Below are positions 36,126 through 44,251 of a stretch of DNA of 64,000 nt, piece by piece (within the stretch, counting starts at the first letter, position 1; the number at the start of each line of letters is the position of its first letter). Source of the stretch: a virus. The notes under the pieces are model-generated. The model had not been told where the DNA came from. It did not search any database and saw nothing but the letters and a program-made list of their open reading frames with translations. Location: positions 1-64,000 of IMG/VR virus record IMGVR_UViG_3300025141_000029; one strand, 5' to 3'. The position numbers and the translations under genes are program-made.

Positions 36126-37489
36126 TAGCTTAGTACTCCGTCTTGTCTGTATTTTTTATATTTATCTTTAAGTTTTTGATTCAAATCTCCAGGATCAGAA
36201 GCCGGCATGATATTTCCAATCTCAGTCTTGTCAATAATTTGTAATCTTACACACGACGTATCCATATGCATAGAAAATATCAGCCCGTCGGGGCCATTGC
36301 GATTTTTAGCAATGTACATTCTTGCTTGGTTAGAATTTTTATCTTTGATTGTTCTCGATATAGAACAAATAAAATCTGCTACAAAACATTTATTGAAGGC
36401 TTCTGAGATTGATTCCATAGTTACGACTTCGGCACTTAATCCTGAACGATTTGTCTGCGATGCTGTCCAGATTGGACATTGTTGTTCTTGAGCAATTGCC
36501 CTTAGCTCTTCATAAATAGACTCTAATTCATTCCTTTTCTCTTTGTAAGTTTTGGTCGGTCGGAGCAAATCAGCGTAATCTACTATAATCATATCAATTT
36601 TTCGATTTTGTTTTTTTAATTTTTCTAAATGTTTTCTTATTGTGTTGGGAGAAGCAGTTTTTGTTGGGTATTCTTTAATTATAAGAGATCCTTTAATATC
36701 TACAATATTTTCAAATACTTCGTCCTTTCTATCGAATAATTGTGACAATGGTACGCCTGTTGTACAACTATCATATCGCTGGCCAGTTACGGCTTCAGAC
36801 AGTTCCAAAGTATAATGTACTATATCTAGCCCATTTTTAACAGCTGTCGATCCCAAGTGGGCCAGAGCCATCGACTTACCAGCACCAGTAGGGGCAATAA
36901 TAACACCTAACTCCCCGGAACCAATACCTTTTCCTAGGATACTATCAATCTTTTCCCATCCGGTTGAAACAGGATTGCGCGCCCTAATTTCATATCGCGC
37001 CTCAAAATCTTTTAGGAAGTCATGGCCAAAATTATTGTCCATTCCTAGTTTCAAGGCTTCATCAATAACTTGTTTTACCTCATCAAAAGATGAATTACGA
37101 ATTAGCTCTACAGACTGTACCAGCGCGCTTTTTAGCTTTTGTTTCTTACAAAAATCTAAGCTTGTGTCTTTGATATATTTCTTATCTTGAATATCACGAG
37201 CTTCGCAGCGCGCATAATAATCACGAACCTGTTTTTGTAAAGCAGGCGAATAATGTTCTAATTCTGTACGCAATATTGACGTGAATATATCTGTCGACGG
37301 ATGTACTCCGTATTGCTTCCTATAATTAAAAACGCGCTCAATAAAGGCGCGCAAATACTTTAATTCAAAAAAGTTTATATCTAATACTTCTTCAATTTGA
37401 TCACAGAAAGGACGATCTTCAAATATTAGCTGTGCTAATGATTCTTGAAAGGCCTTTCCATACTTGGAAAAATCCATACCCTCAGTCAT
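36125..37489 (-). CDS. Replicative helicase (DnaB/gp41-like)
   Basis: APTGAGKS, IIVDYAD, TASQTNR, KNRNG. Confidence 0.92.
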   Translation of the reverse strand: MTEGMDFSKYGKAFQESLAQLIFEDRPFCDQIEEVLDINFFELKYLRAFIERVFNYRKQYGVHPSTDIFTSILRTELEHYSPALQKQVRDYYARCEARDIQDKKYIKDTSLDFCKKQKLKSALVQSVELIRNSSFDEVKQVIDEALKLGMDNNFGHDFLKDFEARYEIRARNPVSTGWEKIDSILGKGIGSGELGVIIAPTGAGKSMALAHLGSTAVKNGLDIVHYTLELSEAVTGQRYDSCTTGVPLSQLFDRKDEVFENIVDIKGSLIIKEYPTKTASPNTIRKHLEKLKKQNRKIDMIIVDYADLLRPTKTYKEKRNELESIYEELRAIAQEQQCPIWTASQTNRSGLSAEVVTMESISEAFNKCFVADFICSISRTIKDKNSNQARMYIAKNRNGPDGLIFSMHMDTSCVRLQIIDKTEIGNIMPASDPGDLNQKLKDKYKKYRQDGVLS

Positions 37490-37498
37490 TTTATCCTC

Positions 37499-38467
37499 TT
37501 ACTGTTTCGCCATTCTCTGGAAAGCCTGAAACATCCCAGAGAAACTTACCTGTGCAAATTCATCTCGCATCATCATCTTCATAACATTCATTTTGCTAAA
37601 AGTCAAATCTGGATTTTCAATTACTTCTTGAATTTCTTTTTTGTGATCCAGAGACAATTGTGGAGCGTAAAGTTGCATCATCTTATAGTTTAATCTAATA
37701 ACCCTTTCATTATCGACAACCTCTTTCCACATTTTTCTTTTACTAGTTTGTTGATTTTCGCGACAATAATCTAATAATTCATCAATTGTAATTTGTTGAT
37801 CGCTATTAAATTGCGGAAAATCCTTTTTGATTCGGCCTTCGCCAACCCCAGAAATTCCCGGTAAGTTATCACTCTTGTCGCCAATCATTGCTTTTGCTAA
37901 AGCAAAATTATGAGGATGTATTTTAAATTCATTGAGAACGGTTCTGCTATTATATACACGATTCTTTTCGATTGGGCGCATCAATACTGTTTTGCCAGAA
38001 ACTAATTGATAAAAGTCTTTATCATTAGATACGATTACCTTTTCACAATTTTCTAGTTCTGGCATTTGACAAATATATGCCACGATATCATCCGCCTCAA
38101 TATTATCGAAACGAAATTGAATTACTGGCATTTCGTTAAAATATTCAATCAAGCGAAGCTCTTGAAAAAAACGATTCTGTTTTGCCTCATCTTCATCCAA
38201 ATGATGAAAAGCTCGATTTAAACGCAATGGCGCTCTTCCTGCTTTATAATCTTTCTTCATTTGTTTGCGCTTTAATGAGCCGCCGGGACCATCCCAACAA
38301 ATAACAATATGATCTGGCTTTATATCATTACAAAGTTTCTGTAATGATTGTAAAGTACCTTTAATGCCCCCAATCGGCCCCCATTGGGACTCTGATGGAT
38401 TGACCACATAATTACGCAAAAACAAGTTGAGCTGATCAATGACCAACACCCTTCCACTAATTGACAT
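37499..38467 (-). CDS. 5'-3' exonuclease / RNase H (T4 Rnh, PolI-N-like)
   Basis: ID..N, WDG, YKAGR, EADD, SNDKDF.Q, GDKSDNLPG. Confidence 0.92.
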   Translation of the reverse strand: MSISGRVLVIDQLNLFLRNYVVNPSESQWGPIGGIKGTLQSLQKLCNDIKPDHIVICWDGPGGSLKRKQMKKDYKAGRAPLRLNRAFHHLDEDEAKQNRFFQELRLIEYFNEMPVIQFRFDNIEADDIVAYICQMPELENCEKVIVSNDKDFYQLVSGKTVLMRPIEKNRVYNSRTVLNEFKIHPHNFALAKAMIGDKSDNLPGISGVGEGRIKKDFPQFNSDQQITIDELLDYCRENQQTSKRKMWKEVVDNERVIRLNYKMMQLYAPQLSLDHKKEIQEVIENPDLTFSKMNVMKMMMRDEFAQVSFSGMFQAFQRMAKQ

Positions 38468-38476
38468 TTTAAACCT

Positions 38477-38806
38477 CTATCTGTAAATTCGACTATAGTA
38501 TTTTGAAGCCTTCACCGGCATAAAAGAATATACGCCTTGAATTTTTCTGGCCTCGGTGGACATTTTGCGAAGATGTGATTTGAGATTATTCTCTGATAAA
38601 AAGAAACGTACATTTAATGTTACTCGCTCAACAGCATCAGAAACAGGTTTTGAGGGTACCGTGACATTAACAATTGTAATGCCACAAACGCCACGTAATT
38701 TATCTGATATAATTGTTAGATTCTCGTCTCGTGAAAGTCTCATTATCACAGTTGCTTCAAACAGACCTTCATCGAACACTTCTTTTATCAAGTTTTTTAA
38801 ATTCAT
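38477..38806 (-). CDS. Hypothetical late protein
   Basis: LKNLIKE N-terminus; late motif at 38815-38822. Confidence 0.6.
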   Translation of the reverse strand: MNLKNLIKEVFDEGLFEATVIMRLSRDENLTIISDKLRGVCGITIVNVTVPSKPVSDAVERVTLNVRFFLSENNLKSHLRKMSTEARKIQGVYSFMPVKASKYYSRIYR

Positions 38807-38871
38807 ACTATTATTAAATAGTTATAATCAAATATAGAAACTCTTTAATCTGAAATATCGCAAATATTATC

Positions 38872-39960
38872 TTATGCTTTATTTTTATCCATCGAATGCC
38901 AACCCTGTACAACAACCTCGTCCATTATCTGGAGGATTCTTGATCTAAACTTTTCATTCTTAATTTTCTCGTGCCACTTGGTAAATTGAAACTTTTCTGA
39001 CGTTCCATCTTCAAATACCAGAGTATACCATGCGCCGTTACGTTGTAGGTGTTCAGATGGCTGAATCGCATCAAACCAACTTTCTTCATCACATATTCCA
39101 ACGTTGCCGCCCCAAAGAATCTTAAATGTACATTCTCGACCTAGGGATCCAAAACGTGACTTTTTAATTCGCGCCTTGACTTCAGAACCAATCTTGTAGC
39201 CATATTCATCGGTGACATATGATGCTTTCGCTTTTCGTACAGTAAGCCAAATTCGTAAAGAATATGAATATGGTAACGCTTTGCCTCCAGGTGTGACATA
39301 TGGTTCTGTCATCAAAGAAGCACGATCGGTTGTAATATTTGTCTTTAACTGGTTCAAAGCCAGCAAAGTACATTGACCATTAGCGAGCGGTATCGTCATC
39401 TTTTTCATTGCCTTAGATAAAAGACGTGCCTTATAGCCAATAGACGATTGCGGATCAAAATCCTCATCCAACATCTTTCTAGTTGGCGTTTGAGCAACAC
39501 TATCCCAGACAAACAAAATTTTCTTATCAGTTTCGCCCAAGAGCATTTCCATGGTCTCATACACAAATTCAACAGTTTTTGCTTGCGTATAGACAATATC
39601 GGCAACATCACAGCCGGCCTGCTCTAAAAATGCCGGATCTAGCGCTGATTCTGAATCAAAATAAACAACCGAGATTCCCATCTTTTGAGCATTTGCAGCA
39701 ATTTGAGCTGCCATATAAGATTTACCTGATCCTTCTAGGCCAGCTAATTCTGTAATTTTACCAACGGGAACTCCCCCATTTACGTTGCCCACACAAACAA
39801 TTTTGTTGAGCCATGTTGATCCGGTTGGAATCCATTCTTTGACTTCTGTTGGATTGTCCTTCGTGAGATCATAAGCGAGAACTTCGCCTGCCTTTTTATT
39901 GATTAAGTCTCTTAAACTTGTCGTATCTAATCTGCCATTTGTATTCTTTTTCTTGGCCAT
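38872..39960 (-). CDS. RecA/UvsX recombinase
   Basis: GLEGSGKS, DSE, WDSV, NQ, PGG.AL. Confidence 0.92.
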   Translation of the reverse strand: MAKKKNTNGRLDTTSLRDLINKKAGEVLAYDLTKDNPTEVKEWIPTGSTWLNKIVCVGNVNGGVPVGKITELAGLEGSGKSYMAAQIAANAQKMGISVVYFDSESALDPAFLEQAGCDVADIVYTQAKTVEFVYETMEMLLGETDKKILFVWDSVAQTPTRKMLDEDFDPQSSIGYKARLLSKAMKKMTIPLANGQCTLLALNQLKTNITTDRASLMTEPYVTPGGKALPYSYSLRIWLTVRKAKASYVTDEYGYKIGSEVKARIKKSRFGSLGRECTFKILWGGNVGICDEESWFDAIQPSEHLQRNGAWYTLVFEDGTSEKFQFTKWHEKIKNEKFRSRILQIMDEVVVQGWHSMDKNKA

Positions 39961-40022
39961 TTATTCCCTCGGATTAAAAATTGGGACCTCTGTAAACCCA
40001 GGCCCCCCTGCGGTTGAGGGCT

Positions 40023-40760
40023 TTACCCGTTCAATAGCTCTTTAAAAGCGCGATCGGTGTTGCTATCACTGCTGTCATAGCGCTTCGATTCGGTTGAAAC
40101 GTCTTCCGCATCATCCTGACTCAGGAGAAATTCATCAAGCATGGTTCGAACCTCTTGCGGGGTCTTGCGCTCAAAAACCTCCTCAAAGTTAGGAATGGAA
40201 TCAAGCCACGCATGAACCTGATTTTCGTCCTCCGACAAAGCAGAAGTCTTACGACGAGGCGTAATTGACGTCTGCGGAAACTGTGCGCCAACAGGCTTGC
40301 CATAATTAATGACTAAATCAGTACCCTCGGCTGTGTCGGTAACATCGCCGTAATCGGGGTTTAATACTAGGCTAAGCAGCTCTTTGTAGGCAGTCTTACC
40401 GTAGCCCCAAATTTTAACGCCCTGGTCTTCCTGGCCCCTTACAATGACCGGTGTGAAGAAACGCTGGCGTGCGCCGAGCTTCTTCGCAAGTCGGACATTA
40501 TCGTCACCGCCTTCGCGATAAAGCTGGCGGATAAAACTATCCAATGGATCTTCCTCGCCGAAGTTCTTCTTCGGGCTCAAGAATCCCGGGTTGTTTCCAA
40601 CGTTGTAGTGAAACCAATACTCCTTGAAAGGATCGCCATCAGCAGTCGGCACCAGGCGAATGGTGGTTTCTCCGTCATCGGGGCGCCAAAAAATATTCTT
40701 GCCGCCTCGGTTCTCTAGTGCGCTCATCTTCTCGCGCATCTTCTTCAAATCAATACCCAT
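40023..40760 (-). CDS. ssDNA-binding protein (gp32-like)
   Basis: FWRP..G...IR..P; acidic C-tail; next to recombinase. Confidence 0.75.
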   Translation of the reverse strand: MGIDLKKMREKMSALENRGGKNIFWRPDDGETTIRLVPTADGDPFKEYWFHYNVGNNPGFLSPKKNFGEEDPLDSFIRQLYREGGDDNVRLAKKLGARQRFFTPVIVRGQEDQGVKIWGYGKTAYKELLSLVLNPDYGDVTDTAEGTDLVINYGKPVGAQFPQTSITPRRKTSALSEDENQVHAWLDSIPNFEEVFERKTPQEVRTMLDEFLLSQDDAEDVSTESKRYDSSDSNTDRAFKELLNG

Positions 40761-40835
40761 GATAAACTCCTTTTTTTTTGTTCCGTTAAGGTATAGTCAG
40801 TCCGATTGGTCGATCGAACCGCTTATTATGTGTAT

Positions 40836-40864
40836 ATTATAGTAACGCTATTCTTCGGAGTCAA
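40836..40864 (-). promoter_or_regulatory. sigma70-like promoter TTGACT-N17-TATAAT for ssb
   Basis: Near consensus. Confidence 0.7.
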
Positions 40865-41708
40865 GAGAAAAATCATAATTTTCTTCTTGAATCATCGAAG
40901 CGAAAGAACAAGAATACACATAATCTTGATCATAGTTGTTTTCGTATACTGAATACGAAACTTTCATTTTGTCTGTCATGAAAGATCTAACTTGTTTCTT
41001 TATATTTTTGATCAATGACGCGTCCGACTCTAAGTTCTTTTTACATATTGAATAATATAGGTGTTTTTCCCTCGGAAACTTTAAATCATAAAATAAAGAT
41101 TCTTTTCCATCTTTATCGACCAAGCCAAAAGTCGCTATCTTGCACATCTCCTGTGGACTTCCCTGTGTTTGTATAATTGGATCAATATTTTGATAAACGT
41201 TATACATATGAAAAGTCGACGCAATCAATTCATTGATTTTGCTAAAATAGCTCTTTATTGTTAAATCGCCCAAGGCCTCTTCACATTGAGAATTTGAAAC
41301 AACAAACATCTTATCTAATAAGCTTGAACGGGCGTATTGCTGTAAAACATGAAACACCAAGCGTTCTTGTCTATAAGCCGCCTCAGACAATAGATCAATA
41401 TCGGGCTTAATATATAAAATTGATATCTTTTGTGAATCAATTTGTTCCAAAAGTCGCAATATAGCGCCGGATATAGCGCCGGATCCACCAACAATAACGG
41501 TATAGGGATTTTTTGTACCCTCCAAGAATTCTTTAATAGAAGGAAAATTTTCTTCATATTTTTCAATATTTTCTTGTGCTTCTATAAGCTTAAAATTTTC
41601 TTCATCTCGACCTTGAGAATCAATATACAACGTTTTGTATTGTGGATATTTATTCAATATTCGAGCAATATTGCAGCCGGCGTTTCCTAAACCAATAATA
41701 GTTGACAT
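40848..41708 (-). CDS. Tubulin/FtsZ-family GTPase (PhuZ/TubZ-like)
   Basis: IIGLGNAGCNIA, ID, GGSG..SG loop, VVSN, INE. Confidence 0.75.
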   Translation of the reverse strand: MSTIIGLGNAGCNIARILNKYPQYKTLYIDSQGRDEENFKLIEAQENIEKYEENFPSIKEFLEGTKNPYTVIVGGSGAISGAILRLLEQIDSQKISILYIKPDIDLLSEAAYRQERLVFHVLQQYARSSLLDKMFVVSNSQCEEALGDLTIKSYFSKINELIASTFHMYNVYQNIDPIIQTQGSPQEMCKIATFGLVDKDGKESLFYDLKFPREKHLYYSICKKNLESDASLIKNIKKQVRSFMTDKMKVSYSVYENNYDQDYVYSCSFASMIQEENYDFSLDSEE

Positions 41709-42874
41709 TATATTTTTCTCATATCTCCAAAATTTCTACCCAATGAAACGTTTGTTTTAAATATTCCAAGATCTGTATTTGAAAATATTTCAATGATTTC
41801 ATTAAGTTTATGTCCTTCTGACTTACAAACATCAATTATAATACTATCGTGTATAACAAAAGCAATAAAAGATTTTTCAAGAAGTTTGTTTATTTTAGTG
41901 GCCTGCTTCAATACCAGATCGCTGGTTGTGCTCTGTATAATATAGTTCAGAGCTTTTCTTTCTTCAACGAGAATTTTTCGATCATAAAAAGTATTAACAA
42001 ACTCGCCATCGTAATAATAATCTAATATCTTCTCTTTGTCAAATATTTTTTCTAATTTCTTATTCGAAGCCTTCGTATTATAAAGCCAGGCAAATGTTTT
42101 TTCTTTGGATTTCTCTCTTGTAATCTTGTTGTTAAAGACATTTTCCAATATCCAATCATGAATATCAATTGTTGGCTGCTCCATCTTCAAGAGTCCAAAT
42201 GCAGTTCTCAACTCTGCTGAATTGTAATCAAGTTCCAAAAATAAATCATTTTGAGGCTCGATTATGTTTCTACTTTCTTTGTTAATCGTTAATATTGGAA
42301 AACTACTTGATGTTGTGGCCAATCGTCCTGTTTTGGTCTTCCATGGATCATAGCAAATTTTATTGGGCATATGTGGCTTCTTTTTTAAAAGGGCCCTCGA
42401 CTTTATATTTGTTGTTTTGATCGAATTCCAATTTAAATTTAAATCGGCACCCTCAATACCGGCAATCAACTCAACTATATCTTTCATTAAATCATAATTT
42501 TTAGGTTTCTCGTAATTTTCGAAAATCCACTGGCATATTTCATTTTTAATCTCGCAATATTGAAATAAAAATTTTTGAGGCACCAAATCATAAAAACAAA
42601 CATCGTTTAAATTAAGTTTAGCAACACCAAAGCTGGTGTAGAAAGTACGTAATTTTGCCTGAGCTGTCTCCCACTCTTTTTCAAGGTGTTCCGGACATAT
42701 TTCATCCAGAGTTTTTCCTAGTACATATATTTGTGCATAATCTATATTTTTATCAATTAATGCGGAATTTTGTCTCCAGGTCATAGAAAAATCTTCTTTT
42801 GCCTCGGGCCAAAATTGCTTTTTATGATAAAAGTTAATACAACCATTTTTATTATCAAGCGCTTGAAACAACAT
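41708..42874 (-). CDS. Minimal family A DNA polymerase
   Basis: TGRL, DYNSAELR (motif A), R..K...F..LY (motif B), N..IQS, IHDS (motif C). Confidence 0.8.
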   Translation of the reverse strand: MLFQALDNKNGCINFYHKKQFWPEAKEDFSMTWRQNSALIDKNIDYAQIYVLGKTLDEICPEHLEKEWETAQAKLRTFYTSFGVAKLNLNDVCFYDLVPQKFLFQYCEIKNEICQWIFENYEKPKNYDLMKDIVELIAGIEGADLNLNWNSIKTTNIKSRALLKKKPHMPNKICYDPWKTKTGRLATTSSSFPILTINKESRNIIEPQNDLFLELDYNSAELRTAFGLLKMEQPTIDIHDWILENVFNNKITREKSKEKTFAWLYNTKASNKKLEKIFDKEKILDYYYDGEFVNTFYDRKILVEERKALNYIIQSTTSDLVLKQATKINKLLEKSFIAFVIHDSIIIDVCKSEGHKLNEIIEIFSNTDLGIFKTNVSLGRNFGDMRKI

Positions 42875-42881
42875 ATAGTAC

Positions 42882-42909
42882 ATTATAGCAACGATTTATA
42901 AAAAATCAA
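42882..42909 (-). promoter_or_regulatory. sigma70-like promoter TTGATT-N16-TATAAT, probably leaderless
   Basis: -10 box ends 7 nt before ATG at 42874. Confidence 0.55.
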
Positions 42910-44234
42910 TAAGATTTAAATGATACATGGCTCGTTCCAACACTCGTTGGAACAATATTTTGTGAACTTTTCGGAAAAGTACGTCCAGAATTTAATAAAA
43001 ACGCGGCTTCAGTGAGTTCATTTAAGAAATATTTTTTAATTCTTCGATTTAAAAACCCATAAGCATGATCAGGGCTTTTTGCCACATACAATGTTTTTGC
43101 TATCTTCATAGTATATTTTATATCTTCTTCCTTTAAATCATGTTTAAGTTCCAAAAGCCTGAATCTAAAAACTTTTTCCATCCAATAATCTTTATAATTG
43201 TAAACTACACTTTTTTCATAATCCGTGAGTTCTTTCCTGGGAACGCTTCTTCTTAGGAGACCACCAACGTTATTTCTACATACATAATAAGAAGATTCTG
43301 GATATTTCACTTTGTATTGGAGCAATGTTGTATACATCGCATACATATACTCTCTTATCAGGCTATAATCTAAAATAAATGTCTTTATATAATATTGATC
43401 AAAAAGATTTTTCGTACCATATTGATATGTTATATCAAAGGCCGGCTGAGCCATCATAATTTGCATTGATTCAGAATTTAAATTGGCTATTAAGCGCCAA
43501 GGAATATTTCTGTCGACCGCAAATCCAAATTTGTTTGCCAGATTTTTGAAAAAGCTAAAATTAATATCATTAACAAAAACATTTTGTTTTGGCAAATCAT
43601 CTGCCGGATTTGCTCCAAAAAATAAATCTATTATCAAGCCACTAATGTGGGGCGGCACTAAGTTACTTGTAACATAAGAAGAAAACGTAAACGGAGATCC
43701 GTGCGCCGTAACATTGTCTCGAATAAATATAAAAAACTCTTCCACAAAGTCATCAAAATTTGAAACACGATACTCTATGTTCCGATATTCCAGATAAGAG
43801 GTAAACATATTAAGCAAACTAGTCATATATCTATGATAAGGTTGATATGCCGCACTGAATGCTTGACCAGGAGTAAATTGTCTAAATACTGTTTGGTTAC
43901 TTGGTATTAGATTTTTTGCCAAATATTTATTCATTTCAATTAACAGTTGATTAAATGCCAATGAAACAAAATTTAAAGTATAATATGTTTTATTATCTTT
44001 TGCTTTTAGAGATCTCAGAAAACTTTCTCGCGCAACAATAATATTTCCTTTTCTATCAAGCCTGCCATATAAATTTCTATCATACCATAAATCAGCAGTA
44101 CCAATTTCAGGTGGGCGCTCTGCTTGTCCCTTATTAACTAAAATATCTTTTTTATATTTCTTTCTATAGGCATATAGATCAAGCGTATCTGATGTATTTG
44201 TTGCTAAAGATTTTGGTGGTAAATTTATTGACAT
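42906..44234 (-). CDS. Hypothetical protein at the end of the tail operon
   Basis: 442-aa ORF. Confidence 0.7.
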   Translation of the reverse strand: MSINLPPKSLATNTSDTLDLYAYRKKYKKDILVNKGQAERPPEIGTADLWYDRNLYGRLDRKGNIIVARESFLRSLKAKDNKTYYTLNFVSLAFNQLLIEMNKYLAKNLIPSNQTVFRQFTPGQAFSAAYQPYHRYMTSLLNMFTSYLEYRNIEYRVSNFDDFVEEFFIFIRDNVTAHGSPFTFSSYVTSNLVPPHISGLIIDLFFGANPADDLPKQNVFVNDINFSFFKNLANKFGFAVDRNIPWRLIANLNSESMQIMMAQPAFDITYQYGTKNLFDQYYIKTFILDYSLIREYMYAMYTTLLQYKVKYPESSYYVCRNNVGGLLRRSVPRKELTDYEKSVVYNYKDYWMEKVFRFRLLELKHDLKEEDIKYTMKIAKTLYVAKSPDHAYGFLNRRIKKYFLNELTEAAFLLNSGRTFPKSSQNIVPTSVGTSHVSFKSY

Positions 44235-44251
44235 ATATTAAATCTCTTTTA

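Noticed and set aside
26486-37489. Inteins or introns in dnaE, nrdJ or helicase
   Set aside because: Lengths are ordinary and no splice-junction or LAGLIDADG motifs are evident
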